Notes: generated by a model not told the origin, from the sequence alone. A stretch of 64,000 bases of DNA from Chrysomallon squamiferum (GCA_012295275.1 CM022665.1:31372001-31436000); one strand, 5' to 3'; numbered from the stretch's first letter, positions 40,881 to 55,610 are shown. Translations and numbers: made by a program.

Positions 40881-41813
40881 ATCACTCACACCAATAAACA
40901 CACACATAAATTCATATATACAGTCATACACACACAAAATATACCACACATGTCTAACTATGTACAACATGTATAACTTTATTAGCCCTGAAAATCATGA
41001 TTAAATATGTGATTATGCAATTTTACTGTCTGGGTTGGTTTATTTCATTATCAATGATGAATTGAAAAAATGCTGATTTATGTATGTAAGAAGTGCAGAA
41101 AAATGAGAGTAACATGAGTAAGAGAAAGAGAAAAAGAAAAAAGGAAAAAAAAAAAGAAAATGAATAAGACATCCTGATATAATTAGGTTGTGAGAAATAC
41201 AGAAATGATGAGAAAAAAAAAAAACACAAACCAAAAAAAACCCCCCAAAACAACAACAAAAAACACACCAACAAACTGACAGACCAACTGTCAGACCAGA
41301 ATACCCAAAATAAACCACTATTTAGCATATTTGTCACATACTTATCACATGTATGGCTTAGGCTTTCATACAAACAATGCAGTTTCTGATCAATAATCTG
41401 AACCAAATGCATCATAAATGAAAGGCTTCGCAAACTGAAGGTCATTGTGTTCTAACAGCTGACTACTATAATATAGATAAACTATTTCCATAGCAATGTT
41501 GATTAATAGTGTATAAACCCCAAACAGCTTGATCAGTAAGATAAATAAATACCCATTTTAATAAAATCTGATACATTCTAACAACATAATAACCAGCAAT
41601 CCATAAAACACAATTTGCTACAACTGAAACTGCATGAATCATATAATTTAGCATTGCAAAAATTCATTAAAATTGGAGAAACTAAGCAATTATAAAAAGT
41701 AATGATATGTCATACACTGTATAATACAAATTTTAGGTACTTTCATACACTGTATCATACATCAACTGTAATTTAAAATATTTCTTTATCATGTATGTCA
41801 AGACATTACTTAC

Positions 41814-41917
41814 CGTAACAACAGTGGATCATAAGGCAAGGTAATCATCCCATTCATAATCTGTGCCATGTTTACATCAACCAGGTTATTAAAAGCCACT
41901 GCTATATGTACATCCAT
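41814..41917 (-). CDS. Putative alternative first coding exon in the intron-43 equivalent
   Basis: MDVHIAVAFNNLVDVNMAQIMNGMITLPYDPLLL(R); second ATG at 41869 in aaacATGG context; CG|gtaagt consensus donor; phase 2 matches the exon-44 equivalent. Confidence 0.55.
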
Positions 41918-44900
41918 TGAATACTTCACTAAAGTTTCACAAATGTTAAAAATAATTTTAAAATCTCACAATTCTAACAACATGTAAGAAACGTCACAGT
42001 CTTTCTGCCTGGCTACAGGGATACACATGTATGTGTTAATGTTGACAACTTGTTTGTCAAGGAACTTCCCTATCACTTCTTTCAGTCACTCTGAAACATG
42101 TTCCATTAAGTGATACCAAGAAGGTACCAGAATACAGCAGATAAGTGTATGAGAGTATTATAAAAAACATGGCTTTTTCTTCCCAGACTCTCTCTTGTAT
42201 TTTTTCTTTTTGAAATGAAGAAAAAAATTGACTGAATTGTATTTATTGATCTGCCAGCTGAGAAAATTCTTTCTGGAATCAAATGTTTTTTTCACCACAA
42301 AGTGAAGCAGAAAGTTCTAGTTATTATTCAAAGTGAAAGAAACATTATTTTGAAAATAAAACTCCTTAAGGATCTTTTCTTTTTGGGGTTATTACATATA
42401 TGGTCTCTAAAAATGTATTGGTGTTATAATTCCAGACATTTAATCCACTTGTTCATGAATTTATAAAAATCCCACAGCAACAGATAACCCTGGCAAATCA
42501 TCCAAGAAATATAACTGTCAATTAGCATACAAGACAGAATTTAATTTTCCATATGTTGTCTGAATGAACAGGCATAATTAATTTAATAACCAGCAGTAGT
42601 GAGAAAACTGATGAAATTTTCATGAAGTAAATGTCTGAATATTCTTTTCAATACAACCCAAAGTCTTAATTTCATTTCTGACCTATTTCTCAACGGTACT
42701 TGTACTAAACAGTGCTGGCAGACTAAACAACACACAGGCTGTTCATTAACAAGCTAATATCAACAATATTACAGTGAATGTTTTAATATAATGGAATTTG
42801 GTAACTTGTTCAGTACACAAACCAAAAGCCAATGCATTGATTAGGGAAGTTGTTTCCACTGATGAAGTTAATCAATAATATTGTCAGTGGGTCATAAAGA
42901 CAAACTGGTGTAGCTGTGTAATAATTATAGAATACTCTGTGGTTTAAAAAAAACAAAACAAAAAAAAAAGGTTTCTGTTATAATTTAATATTTTTAGGTG
43001 TTTTTTTTTATTTTTATATATATATATAAAAAATATATATTTCACTTGTTTTTGCTATTATTATTATTGCTATTATTAATGTATCTCTAGTTATTTTACT
43101 AATATTTATGAATGCTCTTCAAATACTTAAAATAAATTTAAAAAAAAAAAAAAAATTAGAGTTCTAATAATATATCTGAGGTATACAAATCACTGAACAG
43201 TTCCTCAAAGTGATCAGCTCTGTTACCTACACAGCTGCAGAGATCAAACAGCAAATGAAGGTAAAATATAAACATCCAGGTAAATCCAGGTATGTTGACA
43301 AATATTTGCCTGTTAGGATAAGAATGTCTCAAGTTGATGCATGCTATTCATGACACTCACTCCTCAGTTAAAGTGTATTTTACATATGAGGGGAAAAAAA
43401 GAAGGTAATACAGGTAATATGATCATTAAATACCAAGAATCCTTCACTAAACAAAATAAAACTTATGTTTAAATGACAATTAAGTGAACATGTTAATAAA
43501 CAATATCAACATCAGAATAAAAAAAGTAATTAAAAAATAAAAATGATTTTTGTTTAAAGCTCTTAAAAGAAAAATAATTTGAAATATATATATATATATA
43601 TATATAAAATTCAAGAACAAACTTATTAACATCAGAACAACTAAACTTCTTGGTTTTAACAACTGTCCTGGTGAAGTCCATTTAGTAGAAAATAAACAGA
43701 AAAGTGGTTATAAATAAATCAATCTTGAATGCTTCCAACAACCAAATCTCATCCAAGGAAATGAACTGTTTGTGCGTCAGCCTCTTCAAAGGCAAAAACA
43801 GTTAGAAATAATTTCATCCAATGAATAATATATAAAGTAGCATATTATTTATTATCACAGTTGATGTGCTGCTTTGTTCCAAACTGACTTGAGGCAGTGG
43901 TGACACCAGTCGTTTGTTGGCAAATGAGTCTATTGTTCAGGCATAACTCATTGTTAAACTTGAGATGGTATCTGCATGTAACCTGGTCTCCAGCATATAT
44001 AGGACAAGTATTTGATGTATGATATACAGTAATTATCTGACATCCACAAGAAATATACTGTGATATAATAACCAGGTAATCCAGGTACAGGTGAAATCCA
44101 GTCAGGTGTTATTAATTCATTTGCTTCCTCAACTGTTACCATGCTTGTTGCTAGCATACTAGATGGAAATTCAAATATTATGTTTTGACAAACTGTTAAT
44201 AAAAACAAGGATATCTGTTTTCAAATAAATGTTTCAACAGCAGTAAAAAATTCCACGCAAACATTATTCATCAATAAAGAAGTTTTACTGTTTTATATTT
44301 TATCTACAGTTTGCCAACTGCAAATTCACATACAGGCTTAATTCCTTAGTCCTTGTAAATCAGAGCACTTTAATTTTAAACTAATTAATCTCTGTTCTTG
44401 AATGATATAAACTAAAGAATATTCCTGTGCGAAATTAATATCCAAAACAGAAGAAAAAAACTGTTATCTAGACTTGCAGATATTACTATAGGTATGTTTA
44501 TACTGTTAAATGTATTGCCATTAGCACAATCATTATACAACATTTCCAGATCAATAAATACATTATCTAGATGTGTGGTTTTTTTCTCACAAAGATGAAA
44601 AGCTTCCAATAACGTGGTCAGGCTGAAGTGCCATCAGACCAGGCCATCAAAGTCCAAAGGGCAGTAGAAGTTCTTAATACCTATGTCCACATCAAACAAT
44701 TATAGCCATTCAAAAAATCTCAGTCCACATACATGTCCATCCTGCTAACTCGGACACAAAGTCCACAGTGACAGATGACCAACTGGCCTCAATTCTCAGA
44801 ACAGAACAGACCCTTTGAGTGCTTTTTATTTGCCAAGAACTTTTATCCTGGGACTTTGAAGAGAGCCAATAAAATAATCATGCCAACTTTGTTACAATAA

Positions 44901-46221
44901 AATACTGTATTGTTGTGTGAATAATTTTTATGACATAAAAGTCCCATTTCTATTACATCTACAACATTAAAGAATTCCTGTATTAATCTGTCAGATCATA
45001 ATGTGAAGAAAATGTCTTAAGAACCCACTGCCATGTACATTTGTTCTCTGTGAGAAACAATTCATTGTACATCCTTGTGTAAATGTCACAAAGAGTGCAG
45101 GGCTGTGAAAATATCCACAGCTTAATTCTTGACAAATTTATCACCTAGAGTCGACTTGTGGTAGCAGAATGTGATATAATGTAAGTATGACAATGCGGTA
45201 GACAAACCAATCTTTCGGCTCGAGTCCAAAGCTTGCTACAATGGGATGTCGACTAAGATAGTGTCACCTATCTATGAAAAGCTGACATCAAAGGGACTGT
45301 GTCATCTTGCTGAGTCAGAAACTAATATGTCTATGATAATCACATTGTATTTGTGAATTCTATTTTTTTTTTGTATGTGTGGCCTGACTGTGTTTCACTG
45401 TCTCAACCATGAACTATACCTATTGTTTAAAGCAAGGTATAATGATGACTGCAGCCACTGATTACTTCTGGTCTTTCATTCCAATGATGCTATTTATGAT
45501 CTGTTCCTTATAACCCCCCAAAGAATAAACAGAAAAAACCCCAAATTGCACTTTACCATCTGCCAGCTTATACTATTCCATGGTATGTGACTATTTTTTT
45601 AAACCCTATAATCATTTTAGCAGTGAAAAAAAAAATATGAAAAAAAGAAAAATCTGATACTAAATATTAAGTTTCCAAGATGTTAACAATACCAGCTAAA
45701 TATAGGGTTATCATTGTATTATACACCTCAGCTGATTCAATAAATGTTTCTATTCCAACCTGTCTGTTTATGTATGATTAATGACAACTTCATACAGTAG
45801 AAGTTAATACTATAACATAGCCAGCATTCATTAAATTACTCCTGATTGATCAGGGTAAAAAAAAAAGGAGAAATCTGTAGGCCTTAATGTTTTAGGCTGG
45901 GTTTTTTTTTAATTTCTAAAAGAAAATAAAACATTATTTTTCTTTGTTTCTTTATTTAGTTGTTTAATATCTGTAAAAAGTTTCCAGTATATTTCAGAAA
46001 AAAAATAAAAATAACAACACTGATATAGTGATATAAACATATAATTAGCATAAGCATTCCAGGGGTATATTGTTACCTAAATAACAATAAATTCCTGTTA
46101 CATTTCTATTAAAACAATGACATGCCAATCATTCTTTCTCTTTTTTTAAATTCTTAAAATTTCTTAATTTTCTTTTAAAGAATTGTGTTTGTCACATACT
46201 GACACTTATTTTATCAATGTC

Positions 46222-46263
<42 letters not shown>

Positions 46264-49107
46264 TTTATTATTTTAATTTCAGTCATTAAACTTTGAAGTT
46301 CCTTCCGTAAACTTGCCTCAAAATTGTGTTTGTGTGTGAGTGTGTGTATATGCATAAGAAGATAAATGCCATGAGTGGTATTTTAATTTTAATTAAATAT
46401 TTCTTTACATATCTGATTATGATTTTACCAACTAGAATTTTTAATACTTTCATAATAATGTGTTGATGTAATGGCAAAACAGTTCAAAGAACAATGATAC
46501 TTTTCATTAAACCTAGACTGTATTAAAAGTACTTTCCTAGACCTACATTTCTATCACTAATCTTGGCATTTGCTTGTAGAAGAAGAAAAATGCATGTTCC
46601 TTTAACCTTTCAATACCAAAGGTATCAAACAGCTGAAATGAATACATTGCATGTTACACAGACTGGCAGTCAAAGACAGCCTGCTGCAGAATGTCAGTCT
46701 GGAAATGATTAATGTCTTTACACAACACTTGTAATTCTGTATGGGAATACATTTTTGAAGATAACATATCAGGCCATTGTTACAAGATGAAATGGATATG
46801 ACAAGATTGTATCTTTACTCAACCATGTAAATATTGTTAGAATGTTTGTGTTTATGGTGCTAATACATTCTAAAAATCTGGACCATATATTTTCTTTTAA
46901 GTATGGAATATATTTACAAAAAGATGCATTTAAAAAATACTCATTTAAAATCAGATAAAAAAGAGTGGAATTTTCAGAATCAGATTATTATCTTTAATCC
47001 ACCAAAGTAAATATTGCTTAAATTCTTGATTTTGTGTATACATTTGTTTTTCTTCTTCTTCTTTGAAGTATAGCACCTTTTTAGAAATACATGTATTAAA
47101 CATTTGTTTTTTTTTCAAAAATCAGGTAAAATAAAGTACAGTTTTCAGAATTATATTGTTTTTTTAATACACCATATAAATATTGTAAGAATTCTTAAGT
47201 TTGTGGTTATGGTGCAAATATATATATATATATAAATAAAGAATCGGACGAAAAGGAGTAGACATTTCAGAATATGATTGTTATCTTTAGTTGAGCAAGT
47301 AAATATGTTCGCATTATTATGTTTGTCTTTATGTTGTTAACAGAGTCTAAAATCTTGGCTTTAAAAACAAAAAACCCCAACTAAAACAACAAAAAAAACA
47401 CCCAAACATGACATACATTTAGGAAGGCTTGTGCTCACAGATAATCCTAACGTTTTCCTTTCTCAAGTACAGTATAAATTGTTTTGAAAAGTATTATAAA
47501 TATTTTGATATTATTTATTATTCTGCTTAGAGATATACTAATAGTTAGATCTGTCAAAATAAGTAACATATAAACACATCTAAAACACAGAGATACTTTT
47601 ACACACCACAGACTGAAATAAAAAAATTATTAATCAGAAATGGCTTATAATTTGGGGGTTTTAATGAAACTTTTACTGTATGTACAATTTAACTACAATG
47701 ACTGAGTACATGAGAACCATAATAGGTTTTTTGATGAAAAATATTTTTTTCTTAAGCATTATAATTATTTAAGCAGTCATTTGATTACTATATAGTGTAT
47801 GTGTGAAAAGATGAAGAGAAAAGATTCAGATGAAAACCTTCTTCCACACCATTATGAAAAGAAATTAAAAGAAAATGTCTTTCTTAACAAATCAGTCATA
47901 GCAGTCTTTTATTATTAACAGACTATATACATATATCAGAGTTCCATTGATGTCTGTAATGATGAAAAATGCCAGCAGGTGGCTCCATTTCACCTGCTTT
48001 TGACATAAAATATCTTGCAATTAACAGTTCAGTACATTTAATGTGTATCTCAATTTTTATCAAATCTTATATTTTCTCACCCTCACCTGGTGCACATATC
48101 AAACAGTTCATTGCTAACAGACATGTTTAACAAATAATCCACATTAAGTTAAGAACATTTATCTCTAAGGTTCTTTTATTTTTCAAAATAAGACTTTTAT
48201 TACTAAATCTGTAGCAAGGAACTTTTATTATACACTTTACTACAGTGGTGGGAATTCAAAGTAATTAAACTGCTTTGCCTCAGGAACATTATGGCTGGAT
48301 AAAAACATGTATGATCCTCATTTTATTTCTACCACATTCACATATACTTCATATTCTGGGACCTTCAAAGGTGTAAAACATTTCATCTGGCTCATTCAGA
48401 AAGAATATTTAGTTGGAAAGAAAAGCAGTAAATGAGTATATGAGTAAGTGAATTCTGACTTACACATGCTGCAAGTTCTTAGTCAAACATACGTCACCAT
48501 TATCCTGCCAGATTTATTTCCCATCACTCAAGATACATTGATTTTAGTTACAGAAAAGCAGATTTCTAATATGATTCATCATAGGACTGAAGATGTTTTA
48601 GCTATTTATCTTCTTAACAGAGTGTTAAGAAGATAAAAATACTCATTGAAATGCTTATACTTTTAGAAAGTTTAATATTTTATACTACAAATTGAACATA
48701 AAGAAAGATTACCTTTTACCATACACAGAACACATAACAAGGAATTTCTGTTGGCCATAATTCCAGATAATTGTTTTACATTTTATTTTTTTATTTTATT
48801 ATTATTAAAAAAAAAAAAGAAATAAAATCTCATTAGAATGCAAGAATGTTTATGCTGTGGATGTGTACAGTTTGTAGTATACATATATGAATTAATTTTT
48901 TGATAAATGCCATCATGGATACAACTTTTGCCTTTTCCAGAATATTCCATCCAAGACAAGGTATATATGGCAGATTTGTACCTCCTTGTTATGGTCTCTT
49001 TTTGAACCATCTTCAACAAATCTGTATCACCATTACAAATCCACCATTTTAATTTAGTATATTAATTGGATACACAAATATAATTTATTAAAAAAACACA
49101 CACTTAC

Positions 49108-49280
49108 TCTTGACTTTCTTTGTAGCCTTCTGAAGCTTGTGTCCACTCTCCTTTCAGCTGGACCATCAAGTCTGTTATCCTTGTAGATTCTTCACTGGAT
49201 GCCTGGCAAAGTGCATCTTGTTTCTGTGCATCCAGTTGTTCTACTTTAGGACGGACCTTGTCAATACCTTCACGAACAGC
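49108..49280 (-). CDS. DMD: Dystrophin rod exon (human exon 43 equivalent)
   Basis: ttttcag|GCT ... GA|gtaagt; 173 nt, phase 0->2; AVREGIDKVRPKVEQLDAQKQDALCQASSEESTRITDLMVQLKGEWTQASEGYKESQ(E). Confidence 0.95.
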
Positions 49281-50149
49281 CTGAAAAATATACAATAATT
49301 GGAAAGGTTTAGACTTCAAATAAGTGTTAAGGTTTTCTGCATTAGTAATTTTAATGACAATTTTTCTTATCTTTGAGATACTACCAATCTGATTAACATC
49401 TATTATAAAGGGCCGATTTGTTTTGTCTTTACAGAGAATATACCAATAGTTATCTAACTTTATTAATAAATATTAAGATTCAAATTGTCATTTTGCATGT
49501 ATGTATGTATGTATCTGTATGCATAGTATACCAGGATTGTTTTTTGTTTTAACAAATTTGATAGCTGAATTACAAGATGGTTTTTAAGATTGTACTGTTA
49601 GTGATAATTCTAATAAATGTGATAAACTAGAAAATCACCTCAGAAGGATACTTGGAAGCTAATGAGAAAAAACACAATATATCCAGAAAAAAAAAAAAAA
49701 AATAAATAAATAAATAAATAATAATGATAATAATAATAATATATATATATATATCAAATAAAAAATCATATAAGTATAACAGAACAAAAAAAAAAAAAAA
49801 AAAAAAAAAAAATTTAAGAATAACAAGAATTAAAAAAGAAAATAAAACTGAAAAAAGAAAAAGAAAAAAGTAAAAGAAAATAGTGACTTTAAATATAACA
49901 AACATTTTTTTTAAAAAAAGAAGCTAAATGGTTTATAGTCTCTAAAACCATAAAAAGCCAAAAGCTTCATTGAATTTAGCAATGATAATGATGCTGAAAG
50001 CTGCCAAGACAAACATGTACGTGACAACCTCTTTTTGTACTCTCTTATACTGAATAGTGTAGCAAATATTAAGGAACAGGATTAAACTAAATCACAGAAT
50101 ACACTTTTAACATATTATTCTGATAGAATATTTTAACAGAATGTAAGGC

Positions 50150-50710
50150 GATGTTGAGATTGTAAGACTAACATCCTATGAATATACTTTGATGTATGTA
50201 AGTTCAGTGTATACTATTTTATTTACTTCTTAAAAACAGAAAACATAACTTGACATAATTAAACCATATCATAGCAATAAATTTTCAACTGACATTTTAA
50301 CTTGATATAGAGCAATGTTGAAGTCATATGCCTGACATCTTATGATATACATTTATAAACAGATAGAGTATACTATTTTATTAACTTCATACTGACAGAA
50401 AATATAACTGAACCAAATTACAGCAACAAATTTTAAACATTTTAACTTGATATAAAGCAGTGTTGAAGTGACAAGCCTGACATCCTATGAATATACATTG
50501 ATCCTTATAAATAGTGCATACTATTTTATTTTCTCCTTAATGATAGTGAAGATAACTAAAAATTAAGTAACATAATTAAACTGTATATCCAAAATAAACC
50601 TTTAACATATCAGACTGACAGAATAGTAGTTGAAGATATAAAGCAATTTTAAAACTATATTCTCTATTGTCCTATGGATGTAATATAAATAAATGTTTTA
50701 ATTGCTACTT
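50150..50710. repeat. Degenerate tandem repeat, about 150-160 bp unit, 3-4 copies
   Basis: atactattttatt recurs at about 50211, 50370 and 50518; tgttgaag..gacatc(c)tatga and acattttaacttgatat also recur. Confidence 0.8.
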
Positions 50711-53700
50711 AATGATAATAAAAACTACAGCTGAGGAAGATTAACTTGAACTCAGCTGAACTTGGATGTTCTGTGTGGAAGCAATAAGAAGATCTCACAA
50801 AAATTTCAACATCATTTGTTAATCTCAGTTGTACCAAATAAACTGAGGGTGAAAACAATCAAAGCTGGTGAACATGACAGATTGTCTCTAATTAATTCAT
50901 TTCATTCTTGTTAATATCAATCAGTTCACATTATTTAGATTTTATAAAAACGTCCAGTGTGGAAACACTGAAGGGTAAAATAGACATACAATTTTCTAGT
51001 GTAAATCAGTTCAGCTCTCACATTAAACAACCATGAAAGGAAGGTCAATCTTAGGCAATTAGATAATCAAAGAAAATGAAACTTTACTATAGTATTTTCC
51101 TACTCCCAATTTTAAAGTTCAATAAATTTAAATTTTTCTTACATATAAAAACATTTGTTTTCAACACTATTAACTTCAGAAATAATTACATTTAGATTTA
51201 TTTTCTTGCATGTTGTTTTTATATTACTATTACTAAAATATTTAGTAAATCAATGTCATTTTTATGTAATTTATTTATTTTCTGTGGGAAGACAACTGGA
51301 TCTATGACATAATTTCAGGAGAGAAATCTTCAGTTTACATTAATCTAATAAAACAGATAACCCTGATTGAAACCAGTATGAAACAGTTTAAAATATCGAT
51401 GAGCTTCTTGTGAACACAATGGTGCCTGTACAGTATTACTACTGTACTTCTACCAAATTGGATTAATTAAACACTGATGGTTATGGTCCCAAACATAAAA
51501 GTTTAAGATTAGAATATACATGCATTATGTAAAAAATGAAATACATACACTATTATTCCATTAAAAATATGTCTCTGTGGGTTTTTTTCAATACATTTGT
51601 CATCGATACCTTTCACTATGTTCAATGATTTAAAGGACATAAAAGTAATATTATCTAATAATATATAAAAATGAATATATACACACACACTCATACATAA
51701 ACAAAAATAAATTTTTGTTGAATTATTTTAGTCTTATAATCTTCTCTAATATACACAATGACTATCACATTCAGAAACACACTGATGGAACCAAATGATA
51801 AATTCTTGTGCCACACGTGTACATGTATTTACAATTTATTTTTACACCTTTGAGCTTTGAAGTTTGTGTCTGCAGGCTGTGTGTACTGGCCTCACTGACT
51901 CAAATGATGCACGTAGACATTAAAGAAAAATAAACAAATGTCTGACTCGTTTATCTATCACAAAACAGGATCATGCAGTAATTCAGATATCTGCATGTTT
52001 GGGGAAAAATAGTTCCAAGCTCGATGTATTTAGAAACTAAACAGTTCTCTAATTAAACTTTTGGTAAAATATCATATCATAAGATAACATAATATTATAT
52101 ACACATATACAATAATATCTACATTTTGGTATACAATGAAAAATCAGTATCAGTGATACTCTGCCAGTAATGCATATGGCTTTTCAAACAATTAGCTAAT
52201 GTATATTTCGTGATAAATGATATATAATTTACAATGATACAACCAATGCTATGTGTAATTACTTTTGTAATTAGCTAGTGAAACTGATATGGCACCTTTA
52301 AACTATGATTAAAAAGTTAAAAAAGAAATAAAATAATTTTGAACACAGAATGTTTCTAAGTTGATGGTTAAATTCTTGTCATTCTCTGTCCCATCCAGTG
52401 CTTATGGCTTGTCTATATCAAAGGTTGTGCTATGTGTTTTTGTATCTATACAAAGGTGCATATTAAAAAAATATAATGCTGCGTATACCAGCAGTAGCAG
52501 GTTTTTCTTTCTTGATATCTGTATAATCACAGATTAAGAACATGTTAGATCCATCATTCTTCCTGTCCTTTCTGTTTCTTTAACAGCTATCAATAATAAA
52601 ATAAATTTTGTAGAACATTTCTTATTTAAATGTGATCTCTTTTTGTTCACTTATTATTTTTTTTTCCCCTTTCTAAAACTACCCCAAATGCTGATCTGAA
52701 TAATAAAATATATAGAAGAAGAAGAAATAAAAGAAAAAAATGAAAATATATAAGTAAAAACATGAATCTGAAATTCATTTAGCATGGTGACCACTGGCTT
52801 GATCTTTTCTGACCACACTATCAGGAATTGAAAACAAATGATTGAAAGGTTAAAGGTGGAGGAAAGTAAAACTACGGCACAAACTGATCACAGATCTGAT
52901 CACACAGACACAGACAGGTGGGAAGAAACAGTTGTTCAGAAATACCATCAAAATGATTAAAGGCCAACTGGTGCAGGTAACCAGTTCCTCGGTGGTAACA
53001 CTGGGATTCATTGTGAGAAATGATTTGTTTAACAGTGCTCCGAGTACATATTAAAACTAGTTATATACCATTATACACAGGTTCGGAACGAAATATATAA
53101 AGAAAGAGGAAGGTGACAGGTTATTCTATTAAATAATCAATTTTCAACAGTCTGGAAGGAAGGAAGAAATGTTTTATTTAACAGTGTATTTTAAAACTGG
53201 TTATATACAATTAGGCCTATAATAGGTATGTAAAGAATCAAACATAAAAAGAAAGATAAAACCTATTGTGACAGGTTATTCTTTTAAATAATCCTTAATT
53301 CAGTTGTTATTCCTTATAAAAAATTAATATGATAACAACAAATTCAACACATTTTTAAACTTTATTAACAAGTGGACTAATGAATTTTGATCCTGAGTTT
53401 TGACACCTTACTTAGCCTTCAGCCCTAACCACTACAACCAGTCCAGAATACAGTTAGAAATGTGCTGTATTCTGCTCATTAAGAATCTGCAGCAGATACA
53501 CCAGGTTAAAGCAGCTGTTGAGTGTGTTTAAAACTTAACATAAACAATTTCCATTATTTACTACCAACAGTGAAAAGTTTTCCAGAAGAGACATATGTTT
53601 GTTTATGTTTGTTTGGAAGCAGTTAAAATAGTATTTCTGTTTAGAAATGTTTGTCAGTCTGTTTCATTCAGGTTTCATCATAAAAGTTATGATGAATAAA

Positions 53701-55200
53701 TTATTTTAAGAAAAAGAAATGATTATAACAATTTTGTCTTGTTTTTTCTTGAAAAAAAATAAAATAATAAGAGACACAGAAAGAAGAAAATTATATAATT
53801 TTTATTAATCACCACTTATGGGGTTCTGTATAATTTTATGATGTATATGAATGCAATTATTTCAACTTTCTCTCTTTTTATTTATATATGACATATTAAA
53901 ATCACAAAATGTTGGAAAAAGACCCAAATCATTATTTTGGAACCTGTTTGAATGAAAATATATCAGTATATGAATTCACTGAAGATTTGTTATGTATTTC
54001 AAAAAGACAAGACAAAGTGAAAACATTAATATTCAGTCCATCTTTTTAAATTAAAATAAAAGCCAAATGATTTATTATCATTTCAATGACACTAAAAATT
54101 ATGAAATATCTAAAATTCGTTTTTCAATTTGGTTTAAATTAATTCCAGTTTCTAAAAACAGTAATCATCTTGATGATAACAAATAATAATATCAAAAAAG
54201 TTATAAAAAAATTATTTTAATCTTATAATCTTTTATAACATACACAATGACTGTCACATTCACAAATGCACTGATGTAATTATAATTGCCAGAACAAAAC
54301 ATGTTTGCATCAGAGCTCCATGTGAAGATATTAGGAATAAACTTACAAATATGTAAAGTTATAAGAGAAAGCTGTTTTTGTTTGTGCTACTTTGCCAATA
54401 TAAGCAACACAAGCATGTACTTCAAGCTGTTAAAATTTACAGAAGTCACTAACCAACAGCGAAGTAACAAGTTACCAAAGAGTTTTCAGAAATCTTTTAC
54501 AAGTGGCAGTAATCTGGCGCTGTGTGCAGGAATGCCTAGTTAGCTATAAAAACACTTTGGATAATCCTTTAGTTCCTTAACAATTTCTACAACAGACTGT
54601 TTGAGTTTTGTTTCTTTCTCAATTACTGACATCCTTTCCAAAATTGCTCAACATTAAGTTGAATTTCTTTGAAGACCTAACACGTTTGTATTTGCAGAAC
54701 AGAAGTTCACACTGTTTTCAATTAATTATCATCCATGTTGTACTGCTGGCATACAGCCATCTGTGTGTCTGGTGAAGTTATTCTTCTCTCTGAATCTATT
54801 TTCTTAACAAAAAATTTGTTACAGACAAAACCAGCTGCCTGTGAATTTTAAATAAACTCAATGAGCCAAACATTAAAATGACTTTTCTTTTTTCTTTTAA
54901 AATGAACTTATTTGTAGTTTAAATACATTTTATATAACTCCAAGAAGTTTGTCTACATAACTGCAAGACTATGATTTAATAAAAAAAAAATTAAAAAATT
55001 AAACATTCTGGTAAATAGAAAATCAGTCATGAACAGAAAATAATTTTTAATTTTTAATACATAACAGCAATTAAAATATATATAAAATTAAAACTTATAG
55101 CTTTGTTGGTATTTGTTTTTAAACAGATTATTACATGTACATACCAAATGTTTTTCTTTTTCCCTTTTCATTTCTAATTTACATTCACTACAATACCTAC

Positions 55201-55610
55201 CAGTAGTATCTGCTCTTGCTGCTTGAATTCTTCGAAATCCCTTCCATGCAGTTCAGGAGAATCCAAACGTTTCTGAATGTCAGAGATTTCACACAGCACT
55301 TTCTGAATATCCAGGATAAACTGTGCTGGAGATCTGACATTAGCTGCAGTCCTAGTCACTGTGGTTGAGACGACATTAAAAGATGTTCTTGTCATATGGC
55401 TCCCACCATCAGCACCTTCAGCAACTTCACCATTTGTAACATTAGGCTGCCTGTTGAGCAGCATCTGCGAACTCAAGTCATGCCATCGTTGTTCCAATTT
55501 CTGCAATTCTGGAGCAACAACAGTTTTGGCTCCAGAATCTTCAAGTGAAGCCACTTGTTGTCGAAGACTTTCCATCTCTCTTTGACGTCTCGCATTTCAT
55601 CTTCGAAAGC
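55201..55610 (-). CDS. DMD: Dystrophin rod exon, equivalent to human exons 41+42 fused; apparent 1-nt deletion near its 5' end
   Basis: Acceptor ttttcag|GCT at 55610 and donor CTG|gtaggt at 55201. Peptide AFEDEM..REMESLRQQVASLEDSGAKTVVAPELQKLEQRWHDLSSQ...LDSPELHGRDFEEFKQQEQILL resembles human AVRRQAEGLSEDGAAMAVEP..LSKRW..LNAPDLCAKDFEDLFKQEESLK. Length is 410 nt where 411 is needed. Confidence 0.9.

Noticed and set aside
48464-48504. Perfect GTAAGT donor in the intron-43 equivalent
   Set aside because: No in-frame ATG or phase-compatible acceptor.
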